This document shows positions 42,444 to 53,398 of a stretch of 64,000 nucleotides of DNA, piece after piece. Each line of letters starts with the position of its first letter. The first letter of the stretch is position 1. The notes below the pieces were generated by a model. It had not been told where the DNA came from. It made no database searches and saw nothing but the letters and a program-made list of their open reading frames with translations. The stretch is from the NCBI RefSeq assembly GCF_020252405.1, contig NZ_JADCDA010000008.1, positions 74,577-138,576 of the forward strand, given 5' to 3'. Source of the DNA: Aestuariivirga sp. (GTDB lineage Bacteria; Pseudomonadota; Alphaproteobacteria; Rhizobiales; Aestuariivirgaceae). A program made the position numbers and the translations under genes.

Positions 42444-45154
42444 GCCTGCCGCGCCCCCAGAAGGCTCTTCAGCTCGTAGATCAGGGTCAGCGCATCGCGC
42501 GGTGACAGGTCATCGGCCACCACCTGCGCCAGCTTCTTCTCGACGGCACTTTCCTTTTCCGGCGGTGACGGCGGTGCGGCGGAAAACAGTGGCAGTTCGT
42601 CAAGCAGTCCTGATGCCTGTGATGTTAATCCGTCGCGCTCCAGCCGTTCGAGCACCTTTTGTGCGCGGCTGATCACCGCCGGCGGCAGGCCTGCGATCTG
42701 GGCCACATGAATGCCGTAGGAGCGGTCGGCCACGCCCGCCACCACCTCGTGCAGGAAGATGATCCGGTCCTGCCACTCCTTCACCTTCATGGTCGCGTTG
42801 GCCAGGTGGGTGAGCCTGCCGGCGAGCTGTGTCAGCTCGTGGTAATGGGTTGCGAAGAGGGCGCGGCACCGGTTTACGCCATGCAGGTGCTCGAGCGTTG
42901 CCCAGGCGATGGAGAGGCCGTCATAGGTGGCCGTGCCCCTGCCGATCTCGTCGAGGATGACGAAAGATTTTTCGGTGGCCTGGTTGAGGATGGCTGCCGT
43001 CTCCACCATCTCGACCATGAAAGTGGAACGGCCCCGCGCCAAATCGTCGGCCGCGCCGACGCGGCTGAACAGCCGGTCGACCCCGCCGAAATGCGCCTCT
43101 GCCGCGGGTACGAAAGAGCCCATCTGCGCCATGATGACGATGAGCGCGTTCTGGCGGAGATAGGTAGACTTGCCGGCCATGTTGGGGCCGGTGAGCAGGC
43201 AGAGCCGCTTGGCCTCTCCCGAGATCTCGCAATCATTGGCGACGAAGGAACCGGTAGCCTGGTCCTGCAGCGCGGCCTCAACCACGGGATGCCGCCCGCC
43301 GCGAACCGTGAAGCGGGTCGATCCATCGACGCGCGGCCTCACATAACGCCGCCGCTCGGCCACTTCGGCAAGCGCCGCGGCGGCATCAAGCTGGGCCGCC
43401 GCATCGGCGATCTTGGAGAGAAGGTCGCGCCGCGCCGTTACGCGCGCACAGAGGGACTGGAAGATCTCCTGCTCCAGCGCCAGCGCCTTCTCCGCTGCCG
43501 CCGCAATGCGCTGGTCCAGCGAGGCGAGCTCGGCTGTCACGAAGCGCATGGCGTTCGCCACCGTCTGACGGTGAATGAACAGGCCCGCCTTGTCAGGCGA
43601 CTGCAGGGCTGCGGCGGAGGTGGCGGTCGCCTCGATAAAGTAGCCCAGCACATTGTTATGCTTTACCTTGAGCGACTTGATCCCCGAGATCTCGCAATAG
43701 CGTGTCTGCAGCCCGGCGATCACGTGGCGGGTTTCGTCGCGGAGCGACCGGTTCTCGTCGAGGCCGGCGGAATAGCCCTGCTTCACGAACCCGCCATCGC
43801 GTGCGAGGACCGGCAAATCGACGTCGAGAGCGGCATCGAGTTCCCTCGCCAGGTCGAGGTCGCTCCAGCTCAGTGTCTCGCAATTCTTGTCCAGGTTTTC
43901 GGGCAGACCGCCGATCGTGGCGCTGGCGCCGATGCGGTGGGCAAGATGCCCTGCGATCATCAGCGCGTCGCGGATGCCGGCCAAGTCGCGCGGGCCCCCA
44001 CGTCCGATGGCGATGCGGCCGAGCGCCCGTTCGAGATCGGGCATGGCGGCGAGCAGCTTTCGCACGTCCTCGCGCAAGGACGCATCGGTCACGAAATGCG
44101 CAACGTCGTCAAGCCGGTTGGCAATGGCATAGGGATCGCAGAGCGGCGTCGAGAGCCTGGCGGCAATGCAGCGCGATCCGGCGGCGGTGATGGCAAGATC
44201 GATCACCGAGAGCAGGCTGCCGCGCCGTTCGCCGGCAAGCGTGCGGGTGAGTTCGAGATTGGCGCGCGTTGCCGGGTCGATGAGCAGCACGGAGGAGGCC
44301 ATCTCACGCCGCGGCGCGCGGAGATGCGGGGCCTTTCCGGCCTGGGTGAGGACGATGTATTCGAGCAGGCCGCCAAGCGCCGAGACTTCGGCGCGCGAAA
44401 AGCTGCCAAAACCGTCGAGCGCCTTCACGTCGAACCGTTCCTGCAGACGGCGCTCCGCGGTCAGCGAGTCGAAGCGCGCCGAGGGAAGCGGCGTCACCGG
44501 CGCTGCCGACCTGTCCAGCAGGTTCATGAACGCGGGGTCTGTCAGCAGCCCGTCGGCGGCGATGATTTCGCGCGGGTCGAGACGGGCCAGGTCGGCGGAG
44601 AGCCGTTCTGCGGACGTCTGCATCACCGCGAGTTCACCCGAGCTGATGTCGGCCCAGGCGATGGCCATCTCGCCCGACGCCTTGCTGCGCGTGACGCTCG
44701 CGAGAAAATTGTGGCTCCGCGAGTCGAGCAAATTGTCTTCCGTCAGGGTGCCGGGAGTGACCAGGCGAACGACGTCACGCTTCACCACGGCCTTGGAGCC
44801 GCGTTTGCGGGCCTCCGCGGGGTCTTCGAGCTGCTCGCACACGGCGACCCGGTGGCCCATGCGTATCAGCTTCTGGAGATAGGCGTCCGCGGCGTGGACA
44901 GGAACGCCGCACATGGGGATGTCCTCGCCCTGGTGCTTGCCGCGCTTTGTGAGCGTGATGCCGAGGGCATTGGCGGCAACCTCGGCATCCTCGAAGAACA
45001 GCTCGTAAAAGTCGCCCATCCGGAAGAACAGCAGGCTTCCCGGATTGGCCTGTTTCAGCACCAGGAATTGCGCCATGACGGGCGTTGCGCGGCTGGAGGG
45101 TTCCCCGCCGGCTCCTTCGCCCATATGGTCCATCCCGTTCACGGCGCTTTCCAT
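42440..45154 (-). CDS. mutS: DNA mismatch repair protein MutS
   Basis: FRMGDFYELF, TGPNMAGKSTYLRQ, STFMVEM, DEIGRGT; start is 45154 or 45133. Confidence 0.97.
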   Translation of the reverse strand: MESAVNGMDHMGEGAGGEPSSRATPVMAQFLVLKQANPGSLLFFRMGDFYELFFEDAEVAANALGITLTKRGKHQGEDIPMCGVPVHAADAYLQKLIRMGHRVAVCEQLEDPAEARKRGSKAVVKRDVVRLVTPGTLTEDNLLDSRSHNFLASVTRSKASGEMAIAWADISSGELAVMQTSAERLSADLARLDPREIIAADGLLTDPAFMNLLDRSAAPVTPLPSARFDSLTAERRLQERFDVKALDGFGSFSRAEVSALGGLLEYIVLTQAGKAPHLRAPRREMASSVLLIDPATRANLELTRTLAGERRGSLLSVIDLAITAAGSRCIAARLSTPLCDPYAIANRLDDVAHFVTDASLREDVRKLLAAMPDLERALGRIAIGRGGPRDLAGIRDALMIAGHLAHRIGASATIGGLPENLDKNCETLSWSDLDLARELDAALDVDLPVLARDGGFVKQGYSAGLDENRSLRDETRHVIAGLQTRYCEISGIKSLKVKHNNVLGYFIEATATSAAALQSPDKAGLFIHRQTVANAMRFVTAELASLDQRIAAAAEKALALEQEIFQSLCARVTARRDLLSKIADAAAQLDAAAALAEVAERRRYVRPRVDGSTRFTVRGGRHPVVEAALQDQATGSFVANDCEISGEAKRLCLLTGPNMAGKSTYLRQNALIVIMAQMGSFVPAAEAHFGGVDRLFSRVGAADDLARGRSTFMVEMVETAAILNQATEKSFVILDEIGRGTATYDGLSIAWATLEHLHGVNRCRALFATHYHELTQLAGRLTHLANATMKVKEWQDRIIFLHEVVAGVADRSYGIHVAQIAGLPPAVISRAQKVLERLERDGLTSQASGLLDELPLFSAAPPSPPEKESAVEKKLAQVVADDLSPRDALTLIYELKSLLGARQA

Positions 45155-45267
45155 AGCAGGAATCGACCAAAGAGGTACAAGCGGCGATTTCGGAACGCTT
45201 GAGTGTCTCCTGCCTCCTCTTTAGTCTGGCAGGTCCGCCGTCGAGGATTGTATTTTGGGGCAAAAAC

Positions 45268-47538
45268 ATGGACCAGAAGCCGCGCCGTCCGACCATCACC
45301 GATGAGGAGGCCCTGCAATTCCACCAGCGCGGCAAGCCTGGCAAGCTGGAAATCACCCCGACCAAGCCCATGGCAACCCAGCGTGACCTGTCGCTGGCCT
45401 ACAGCCCCGGTGTGGCCGTCCCGGTTCGCCGCATTGCCGAGGTGCCGGAAACGGCATATGACTATACGGCGAAGGGGAACCTCGTGGCCGTCATTTCCAA
45501 CGGCACGGCCATATTGGGCCTGGGCGATCTCGGCGCGCTGGCCTCCAAGCCCGTGATGGAAGGCAAGGCCGTGCTGTTCAAGCGCTTCGCGGACGTCGAT
45601 TCGATCGACCTTGAGGTCGATACGAGGGACGTCGAGCAGTTCATCAACGCCGTGCGCTATCTCGGCCCGTCCTTCGGCGGCATCAATCTGGAAGACATCA
45701 AGGCGCCCGACTGCTTCATCATCGAGCAGCGTCTGCGCGAGGTGATGGATATCCCGGTCTTTCACGACGATCAGCACGGCACGGCCATCATCGCCACCGC
45801 CGGTCTGATCAATGCCCTCCATCTGACGAAGCGCGACCTTAAAACGGCAAAGATCGTGTGCAATGGCGCAGGCGCCGCTGCCATCGCCTGTGTCGAGCTC
45901 ATCAAATCGCTGGGCGTGCCCAATGGCAATGTCATCCTCGCCGATTCCAAAGGTGTGGTCTACAAGGGTCGCACCGAGGGCATGAACCAGTGGAAGTCGG
46001 CCCATGCGGTGGACACCAGGGCGCGGTCACTGGCCGATGCCATGGAGGGGGCGGACGTGTTCTTCGGCCTCTCGGTTGCCGGGGTGCTGACGTCCGCCAT
46101 GGTCAAGAGCATGTCCGCGAATCCCATCATTTTCGCCATGGCGAACCCGGACCCGGAGATTACGCCGGAGGATGTGCTGAAGGTGCGCCAGGACGCAATC
46201 ATGGCCACCGGCCGGTCCGACTACCCCAACCAGATCAATAACATCCTGGGCTTCCCATATATCTTCCGCGGCGCGCTGGACGTGCGCGCCCGCACCATCA
46301 ACGACGAGATGAAGATCGCCGCCGCCCACGCACTCGCGGGCCTCGCCCGTGAGGATGTGCCGGACGAGGTGGCGGCTGCCTATCATGGTCCCCGCCCTTC
46401 CTTCGGCCGCGATTATCTCATCCCCGTGCCTTTCGATCCGCGCCTCATCTCCACCATACCTGTCGCGGTGGCCAAGGCGGCGATGGAGAGCGGCGTGGCG
46501 CGGCGCCACATCGCCGATCTCGATCAATACGCCCAAATGCTCTCGGCCCGCCTCGATCCCATTGCGGGCACCCTGCAGAGCGTCTTCGGAAAGGTGCGCG
46601 TGGCGCCCAAACGCGTCGTCTTTGCCGAAGGCGAGGAAGACCGCATGATCCGGGCTGCCAACAGCTATGCCAGTGCTGGCCTCGGCCGCGCCATCCTGAT
46701 TGGCCGCGAGGCGCAGATTCAGCAGACGCTGGCGAGCAGCGGGCTCGAACTGAACGAAAACGTCGAAATCTCCAACGCCCGCGTCTCCGAGCGCAATGTC
46801 GACTATGCCACCTTCCTCTATGAGCGGCTGCAGCGGAACGGCTTCCTGCTGCGCGATTGCCAGCGCATGGTGAACCAGGACCGGAATGTCTTCGCCGCCT
46901 GCATGGTGGCGATGGGCGATGCGGACGCCATGGTGACGGGCCTTACCCGCAACTTCTCCGTGGCCCTCGACAACGTGCGCCAGGCGATCGACAACCGGCC
47001 CGGCCACCGCCCGATCGGCGTTTCCATGGCGCTCGTCCGTGGACGGACGGTCTTCATTGCCGACACCTCGATCCATGAGCTGCCGTCGCCCGAGGAGCTG
47101 GCCGACATTGCTCAGGAGGCCGCGGGCGTGGCGCGCCGCTTCGACTACGAGCCGCGTGTCGCCTTCCTTTCCTACTCCACATTCGGCTATCCGCGCGGCG
47201 AGCGCGCAGCCTATGTGCGCGACGCCGTCGGCGTGCTTGACCGCCGCAACGCCGACTTCGAATATGATGGCGAGATGGCAGCCGACGTTGCCCTCTCGCG
47301 CGAGGCGATGGCGCTTTACCCCTTCTGCCGCCTCACCGGGCCGGCAAATGTGCTGGTGATGCCGGCGGCGCACTCTGCCTCGATCTCGACGAAGATGCTG
47401 CAGCAACTGGGCGGTGTCACCGTCGTGGGGCCGCTGCTCACGGGTCTTGATCGGCCTGTGCAGATCGCGGCGATGTCGGCCACCGCCTCCGACATTCTCA
47501 ATCTCGCCGCCATAGCGGCCTATGACATCAACCGTTAG
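45268..47538 (+). CDS. maeB: NADP-dependent malic enzyme with C-terminal PTA-like domain
   Basis: [38 protein letters not shown]-terminal KRVVFAEGE and DGEM. Confidence 0.95.
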   Translation: MDQKPRRPTITDEEALQFHQRGKPGKLEITPTKPMATQRDLSLAYSPGVAVPVRRIAEVPETAYDYTAKGNLVAVISNGTAILGLGDLGALASKPVMEGKAVLFKRFADVDSIDLEVDTRDVEQFINAVRYLGPSFGGINLEDIKAPDCFIIEQRLREVMDIPVFHDDQHGTAIIATAGLINALHLTKRDLKTAKIVCNGAGAAAIACVELIKSLGVPNGNVILADSKGVVYKGRTEGMNQWKSAHAVDTRARSLADAMEGADVFFGLSVAGVLTSAMVKSMSANPIIFAMANPDPEITPEDVLKVRQDAIMATGRSDYPNQINNILGFPYIFRGALDVRARTINDEMKIAAAHALAGLAREDVPDEVAAAYHGPRPSFGRDYLIPVPFDPRLISTIPVAVAKAAMESGVARRHIADLDQYAQMLSARLDPIAGTLQSVFGKVRVAPKRVVFAEGEEDRMIRAANSYASAGLGRAILIGREAQIQQTLASSGLELNENVEISNARVSERNVDYATFLYERLQRNGFLLRDCQRMVNQDRNVFAACMVAMGDADAMVTGLTRNFSVALDNVRQAIDNRPGHRPIGVSMALVRGRTVFIADTSIHELPSPEELADIAQEAAGVARRFDYEPRVAFLSYSTFGYPRGERAAYVRDAVGVLDRRNADFEYDGEMAADVALSREAMALYPFCRLTGPANVLVMPAAHSASISTKMLQQLGGVTVVGPLLTGLDRPVQIAAMSATASDILNLAAIAAYDINR

Positions 47539-48374
47539 GGGGCTCCGAAGTGCGCGAAATAGCGCGGATGAATGACCGAGACAGGCAGAATGACCAGCAC
47601 GTCGATGGTGTTGAACTGGCGGTCGATCACCGCGCCGTCGCCGATGTAGCAGCCCAAGCGGAGGTAGCCTTTGACGAGCGGAGGCAACTGCTTCAATGCC
47701 CGCCTTGTGTCGATCCCGCCGTGCGGCAGGCCGCGCATCTCGATGCGGTGGCTGTCGTGCGCGCGCACGGCCCATTCCGGGGGTGCAGCGGCCGTGGCGA
47801 GGAAACTCAGCGAAAGGGCGTGTGCGCCCGGCTCTGTGCCCTCCAGGCTTGCGCAGCCGAGCATCACGTCCAAGCGGTGGGCACGCACGTAATTCCAGAT
47901 GCCCTGCCACAACAATTCCACCACTGGCTTTGTGCGGTAAGGCCTCAGCACACAAGACCGCCCAAGTTCCAGGAAGCGCAAGCCGGGGTGTGCGGCAATC
48001 AGCGGCGCGATGTCGAATTCAGCCTGCGTGTAGAAGCCGCCACAGGCCTCGGCCACCTCTTGCCGCAGCAGGCGATAGGTGCCGATCAGCTCACCGTCGC
48101 GGAGATAGATGACATCTCCGGTGGCCGAAGCGCCTCGCTTCACCACCAAAAGATGATCGCAGATGGCGTCAAAGCGGTCGACGTCCATGCGCCGTGACGC
48201 CATGTCGCCGACGGGTGTCGCGCCCAGCTCATCGTAGAATATCCTGTAGCGAAGCTGCTGGCAGGCGAGAACTTCGTCAGGCCCGCTGGCCTGCCGCAGA
48301 AGCAGGTCCCCCTTTTCGACGCTGATGTCCCGTGATACCCGCAATGTCGGTGGCTCCCATTGCCTGATTGCCAC
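47535..48374 (-). CDS. olsB: Ornithine lipid N-acyltransferase OlsB (GNAT fold)
   Basis: LRYRIFY.E, DRFDAICDHLLV, GTYRLL, ELGRSCV, PPLVKGYLRLG; convergent on the malic enzyme gene as in rhizobia. Confidence 0.85.
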   Translation of the reverse strand: MAIRQWEPPTLRVSRDISVEKGDLLLRQASGPDEVLACQQLRYRIFYDELGATPVGDMASRRMDVDRFDAICDHLLVVKRGASATGDVIYLRDGELIGTYRLLRQEVAEACGGFYTQAEFDIAPLIAAHPGLRFLELGRSCVLRPYRTKPVVELLWQGIWNYVRAHRLDVMLGCASLEGTEPGAHALSLSFLATAAAPPEWAVRAHDSHRIEMRGLPHGGIDTRRALKQLPPLVKGYLRLGCYIGDGAVIDRQFNTIDVLVILPVSVIHPRYFAHFGAP

Positions 48375-48408
48375 AGACAGATATCAAGTGAAAGTTTGGC
48401 GACGGCGG

Positions 48409-50250
48409 TCAGGCAACCGCGTGACGTTTCATAAGTCGCGAGATTGCTTCCTCCAGCCCATCGCGGTCGAAGGGTTTGGACAGATAGCCGTCCATTCCGG
48501 CTTCGAGGCAGGCGTTGATGTCCTGGCGCCTGACGTTGGCGGTGAGCGCAAGGATGGGAATCCGCGGCAGGCCGCGGTCTGCTTCCTTCCGCCGGATTCT
48601 GCGGGTTGCCTCAAGTCCGTCCAGCACCGGCATCTCCACGTCCATGATCACGAGATCGGGACGCTTGCAGGCCGCAAGGGCCTCTAGAGCGTCTTCGCCG
48701 TTGCCGGCGGTGGTCACGCTGTAGCCTTCGCGGCGCAGAAGCGTGCTGGCCAGCAGCATGTTCACGGAGTTGTCCTCCGCCAGCAGAACATGAATCTGAC
48801 GCCTCGATTGGAGAGAGATGACGTTGCGCTGCGACCGCAGCGTGACCGAAGGGTCGGGCATCTCGTCACGCGGCCCAACAAGCCGCAACAGTGAATGGCG
48901 ACGGAAGGGTTTCAGAAGGTAGCCTGAAAAGTTTTTGGCCAGGAGATCGGCAAACTGCCGCCGTTCCTCGCTGCGCAATATCAGGCAGATGCGTCGTTCC
49001 GGTGCATTGCCCAGTTGCGACCAGGCATTGTGCAATATCTCGGCGAAATCGATGTCGCACAGCACGGTCGTATGGGAAGCGGCATCCGCATCCCCCAGAA
49101 AGCGGAGCAGCTCATGCGGATGATTCAGCATCCGCACGCTTGCGCCGCTGTCTTCCAGCGTCTCGCGGATGTGGTCGGCGGTGATCGAGGGCGACGCGGC
49201 CAGCGCGAAGCGGCGGCGGCTCAGCAATTCCTTCGTGCCCGCCTGCACGGCCTCGGCGAGGGGCAGAACGACGTCAAACGACGACCCCTCGCCCGGCGCG
49301 GACCGCACGGAGATTGTGCCGTTCATGGCCTCGACAAGGCGGCGGGAAATCGTCAGGCCCAGGCCTGTTCCTCCGTAGATCTGGCGCGTGCCGTCGTTGG
49401 CCTGGGTGAATTCCTCGAAAACATGCTGCTGCTCCGCCTCGGACATGCCGATGCCGGAGTCGCTCACTGTGATGGCCAGTCTGCTGTCCTCGCTCAGTCT
49501 TGCACTTATGCCGACGCCGCCCGAGGGCGTGAATTTGATGGCGTTGCCGCACAGATTCAGCAGGACCTGCCGCAGCCGCCGCTCGTCGCCGCGGATTTGC
49601 GGGGGGATTCGCATGGAGATGAAACTCGAGATCTCGATGCCCTTGGCATGCGCCCGCGGCGCCAGCAGCTCGGTGACGGATTCGATCAGGGCTGCAAGAT
49701 CGAAGGGCGCCTCCGAGACATCGACGTTCCGCCGCTCGGCGATCGAGTCATCGAGCAGTTCGTCGACGATCGAGAGCAGGGCGCGGGCGGAGGAATCGGC
49801 CGTCAGGGCATAGTTGCGCTGCTCGGGCGTGAGTGGCGTTTCCATCAGCAGGCCGATCATGCCGAGGATGCCGTTCATCGGCGTGCGAATCTCATGGCTG
49901 GTGATCGCCAGAAAACGCGACTTCGCCACATTGGATGCCTGGGCGCGAAGATTGGCCTCCTGCAGGGCGTCAGCGGCGGCGGCAAGCTGCGCCAGCCGAC
50001 GGTCGGTGGCCTTGCGCCAGAGAATCTGACCCAGCACCAGTCCGGCGGAAATGAGAAGTCCGATTGCTGCCAGCGCCGCTGTTATGACTGATGGCAGGGA
50101 GGGAAGCGCCGGCGCCGCGGCAATGCCCGCGAACAGCAGCATCAGCGCGGCAGAGGCGATGAGCCCGCTGTGGTTCACGCCGACCGGGCCCCCGGCGGCG
50201 ACGGGTGAGTCCGGGGAAATCACGGCGTTGGCGTGAGGTTTCAGGCGCAT
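48409..50250 (-). CDS. Membrane-bound hybrid histidine kinase (HisKA-HATPase, degenerate REC, REC)
   Basis: [11 protein letters not shown]-box, [22 protein letters not shown]-terminal REC LLAEDN..MDVEMP..KPF; start uncertain (50250 or 50262). Confidence 0.92.
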   Translation of the reverse strand: MRLKPHANAVISPDSPVAAGGPVGVNHSGLIASAALMLLFAGIAAAPALPSLPSVITAALAAIGLLISAGLVLGQILWRKATDRRLAQLAAAADALQEANLRAQASNVAKSRFLAITSHEIRTPMNGILGMIGLLMETPLTPEQRNYALTADSSARALLSIVDELLDDSIAERRNVDVSEAPFDLAALIESVTELLAPRAHAKGIEISSFISMRIPPQIRGDERRLRQVLLNLCGNAIKFTPSGGVGISARLSEDSRLAITVSDSGIGMSEAEQQHVFEEFTQANDGTRQIYGGTGLGLTISRRLVEAMNGTISVRSAPGEGSSFDVVLPLAEAVQAGTKELLSRRRFALAASPSITADHIRETLEDSGASVRMLNHPHELLRFLGDADAASHTTVLCDIDFAEILHNAWSQLGNAPERRICLILRSEERRQFADLLAKNFSGYLLKPFRRHSLLRLVGPRDEMPDPSVTLRSQRNVISLQSRRQIHVLLAEDNSVNMLLASTLLRREGYSVTTAGNGEDALEALAACKRPDLVIMDVEMPVLDGLEATRRIRRKEADRGLPRIPILALTANVRRQDINACLEAGMDGYLSKPFDRDGLEEAISRLMKRHAVA

Positions 50251-50324
50251 GAACTGAACATGGCATGCGCCGCTTTGGAATGTTTTGTGCGCGAATGGAC
50301 GTGGTAAAGAAACCGTAAACGGCC

Positions 50325-51857
50325 TCACGCTGCTGAAACGAAAGCGGCCAGCTTCTGCCGGTAACTCAGGGCCTCGGCGATGTGAATGCGCGCCACCTGC
50401 TCGCGCCGGTCCAGATCGGCAAGCGTACGCGCCACCCGCAGCACGCGGTGATAGCCGCGCGCCGAGAGCTTCATCGCATCCGCCGCGTCCCGCAGCAGCG
50501 TAAGGCCCGGCTGATCGGGCCGGGAGATATCTTCCAGCAACGCTCCGTCCGCCTCGGCATTGGTGCGCAATTCGGGCTTGCCGAGCGCGGCGAAGCGCTG
50601 GGCCTGAGTCTGCCGGGCTGCCAGAACGCGGCGCGCCACGTCCTCGCTCGCCTCCTTGGGAGGCGGCAGGCTCAGGTCTGAAGCCTTCACCGCCGCCAGT
50701 TCGATCTGGATGTCCATGCGGTCGAGGAGGGGGCCGGAAATGCGCGCCTGGTAATCGGCCGCGCAGCGCGGGCCATTGCGGCAGATATGGCCAGGTTGCC
50801 CGGCGAAGCCGCATTTGCAGGGGTTCATGGCCGCCACCAGCTGGAAGCGGGCAGGATAGGTGACGTGATAGTTGACGCGGGCCACGACCGTCTCTCCCGT
50901 CTCCATGGGCTGACGCAGGGACTCGAGCACGCGGGGCTGAAATTCGGGCAGCTCGTCAAGAAACAGCACACCATGATGGGCAAGCGCCATCTCTCCCGGC
51001 TTGGCGCGCAGGCCCCCACCCACCAGCGCCGGCATGGAAGCGGAGTGATGAGGCGCGCGGAACGGGCGGCGGCGCGACAGCTGGCCGTTCGACAGTTCTC
51101 CGGCAAGCGACGCCACCATGCTGATATCCAGCATCTCGCGCGAGTCCAGGGGTGGCAGTATTGAGGGGAGGCGCTGCGCCAGCATGGATTTCCCGGCCCC
51201 GGGAGGACCCACCATCAGAAAGTGATGGCCACCTGCCGCCGCCACCTCGAGCGCGCGCTTGCCGGTCTCCTGCCCCTTGACGTCCTTCAGGTCGGGAAGT
51301 TGTTCGGTCTCCGCTGCCACGGCGGGCTTGGGCCGGGTCAGAACTTGCGTTCCCCGCACATGGTTGATCAGCTGGATCAGGTTTTCCGGCGCCAGAATGT
51401 CGGCATCCTCCGCTGCCCAGGCGGCCTCGGCCCCGGAGGCCTTCGGACAGATCAGTCCCATGTCGCGCCCATTGGCGGCGATGGCGGCGGGCAATACACC
51501 GGACACGGCCATCAGCGCACCGTCGAGCGCCAGTTCCCCCATGGCCACATAGCGGGTGAGGAAATCCTGCGGGATAATGCCAAGCGCCGCGAGCACCGCG
51601 AGGGTGATCGGCAGGTCGAAATGGCTGCCTTCCTTGGGCAGGTCGGCAGGCGAGAGGTTGACGACAAGCCGCTTGCCGGGGAGAGCCAGCCCGATGGCAT
51701 GGAGGGCGGCGCGGATGCGTTCCCGGCTTTCGGCGACCGCCTTGTCGCCAAGCCCCACCACGCTGAAGGCGACTTGCCCGGACAGGAAGTGCGCCTGCAC
51801 GTCAACGGGCACGGCCTCGATGCCCTGAAACGCCACCGTTGCCGCGCGAGACGTCAT
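50325..51857 (-). CDS. comM: YifB/ComM Mg-chelatase-like AAA+ ATPase
   Basis: [47 protein letters not shown]. Confidence 0.93.
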   Translation of the reverse strand: MTSRAATVAFQGIEAVPVDVQAHFLSGQVAFSVVGLGDKAVAESRERIRAALHAIGLALPGKRLVVNLSPADLPKEGSHFDLPITLAVLAALGIIPQDFLTRYVAMGELALDGALMAVSGVLPAAIAANGRDMGLICPKASGAEAAWAAEDADILAPENLIQLINHVRGTQVLTRPKPAVAAETEQLPDLKDVKGQETGKRALEVAAAGGHHFLMVGPPGAGKSMLAQRLPSILPPLDSREMLDISMVASLAGELSNGQLSRRRPFRAPHHSASMPALVGGGLRAKPGEMALAHHGVLFLDELPEFQPRVLESLRQPMETGETVVARVNYHVTYPARFQLVAAMNPCKCGFAGQPGHICRNGPRCAADYQARISGPLLDRMDIQIELAAVKASDLSLPPPKEASEDVARRVLAARQTQAQRFAALGKPELRTNAEADGALLEDISRPDQPGLTLLRDAADAMKLSARGYHRVLRVARTLADLDRREQVARIHIAEALSYRQKLAAFVSAA

Positions 51858-51915
51858 TCACCATCCTCCATAACCTGACGTTACAGGAGGTTAGAATATC
51901 AGTCAAAACTTTGGA

Positions 51916-52938
51916 TCAGCCAGAGGATCCGTCGCCTGCGGCCTCGGCATTCGGCGGGCTCACGTTGCGGGCATTGATCCGCACCCGCTTCACCCGGCGG
52001 GGATCGGAGTCAAGAATCTCGAACTCGAGGCCGCTTTCATGCCGGATGATCTCGCCGCGCGTCGGCACGCGTCCGGCGATCTTGAAGATCAGCCCTGCCA
52101 GCGTGTCGGCCTCTTCCTCCTCGTCCTCCGGCAACAGGTCGATGCCAAGCAGGGCTTCCAGCTCTGCGAGATCGACGCGTCCATCCGCGAGCTGGATTCC
52201 CTCTTCCACCGGCTTGATTTCGAGATCCTCTTCGGTGTCGTGCTCGTCGGCAATGTCGCCAACAATCACCTCCACAAGATCCTCGATTGAGACCAGGCCC
52301 TCGGTGCCGCCATATTCGTCGATTACGATGGCAAGATGCGTGCGGCTTGCCTGCATCCGCACAAGAAGGTCAGTGGCCGGCATGGAGGGCGGAACGAACA
52401 GCACGTCGCGGTTGAGGCCAGCCTGCTTCACCGTCGTCGACAGCGCGGCGGCGGCGATGCTGAGGCCGGGCGGCGGCGCCTTCTCGGTCTTCTCGATTTT
52501 CCCGGACTTCGCGGTGCGCCGCTTGCGCGTGCCGCGCGAGGCCATCCAGCGCAGGAAGTCCTTGACGTGAATCATCCCGGTGACGCCGTCCAGCGTCTCG
52601 CGGTAGACCGGCATCCGCGAGTGGTTGGCATCGATGAACTTTGACAGCAGCTCCTGCATGCTGTCGGTCTCGTCGACGGCCACGATGTCGACACGCGGCA
52701 CCATCACGTCGTCGACGCGGAGGCCCGAGAATTCGATGATGTTGAGCATCATCGATTTTGCTTCCTCGCCCACCGTCTCGCCGGGGTTTTGCGCCTCGTG
52801 GCTTTCGATAGCGCCTTCCAGGCTCTCGCGGAGGCCCACGTCCCGGCTGCGGCCAAAGCGGCTTCTCAGGCGTTGCCAGAGGCTCTCCCGCAGGGTTTCG
52901 GAGGGCGCCGTGCCGCCCGGGCGGTCAGTCTCGCTCAT
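51916..52938 (-). CDS. corC: CorC/HlyC-family CBS-domain protein
   Basis: VDDVMVPR, HSRMPVY, IDEYGGTEGLVSIEDLVE, C-terminal CorC_HlyC domain. Confidence 0.92.
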   Translation of the reverse strand: MSETDRPGGTAPSETLRESLWQRLRSRFGRSRDVGLRESLEGAIESHEAQNPGETVGEEAKSMMLNIIEFSGLRVDDVMVPRVDIVAVDETDSMQELLSKFIDANHSRMPVYRETLDGVTGMIHVKDFLRWMASRGTRKRRTAKSGKIEKTEKAPPPGLSIAAAALSTTVKQAGLNRDVLFVPPSMPATDLLVRMQASRTHLAIVIDEYGGTEGLVSIEDLVEVIVGDIADEHDTEEDLEIKPVEEGIQLADGRVDLAELEALLGIDLLPEDEEEEADTLAGLIFKIAGRVPTRGEIIRHESGLEFEILDSDPRRVKRVRINARNVSPPNAEAAGDGSSG

Positions 52939-53398
52939 AGGGATCGGATATGCCCAGGCGTTTCAAAATGCGCGTCTCGAGCGCTTCCATCGCTTCAGCC
53001 TCGGCGTCGCCTTCATGGCCGTAGCCCAAGAGGTGCAAGGTGCCGTGAACAATAAGGTGGGCAGTGTGGTCATGCAATGTCTTGCCCTGCACCGCCGCCT
53101 CGCGGGCGATCGTCCCATGGGCCAGGACGATGTCACCAAGCGGACGCGGCTCGCCCTCCGGAACCGGCATGTTGTCAGGGGCCGGAAATGACAGGACGTT
53201 GGTCGGCGTGTCCTTGCCGCGCCATTCGGCATTGATCTCGGCGATCCCGGCATCGTCCGCGAACAGCACGGCGACGGCCCAATTGCCTCCGTTGCGTTCG
53301 GCTTCCGCGAGGGCGGCCTCGACAGCCGAATGAGCAAGCTCCTCAATTCCTGCCATGGCCAACCAGGCATCGTCCTCGACCTCGATGGAAACGGTCAT
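52925..53398 (-). CDS. ybeY: rRNA maturation RNase YbeY
   Basis: WRGKDTPTNVLSFP, LGDIV, H-x3-H-x5-H (HGTLHLLGYGH). Confidence 0.95.
   Translation of the reverse strand: MTVSIEVEDDAWLAMAGIEELAHSAVEAALAEAERNGGNWAVAVLFADDAGIAEINAEWRGKDTPTNVLSFPAPDNMPVPEGEPRPLGDIVLAHGTIAREAAVQGKTLHDHTAHLIVHGTLHLLGYGHEGDAEAEAMEALETRILKRLGISDPYERD

Noticed and set aside
42659-45202. 847-aa ORF antisense to mutS; similar ORFs at 9371-10750 (rho), 46027-47955 (maeB), 24732-26003 (coaA) and 17699-18805 (mltA)
   Set aside because: They shadow well-conserved genes on the opposite strand, show no recognisable motifs, and are expected from codon bias in a high-GC genome.
48388-48405. Pho box upstream of olsB (CCGTCGC-caaa-CTTTCAC on the minus strand)
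   Set aside because: One half-site is too degenerate; plausible from rhizobial biology but not distinguishable from chance.
50251-50814. Long N-terminal extensions in the ORF track (kinase to 50814, hemJ to 11405, purH from 1815, DUF299 from 12413, hisA from 22989)
   Set aside because: They run into neighbouring genes, repeats or oriC and have no family-like sequence; downstream starts fit known protein lengths.
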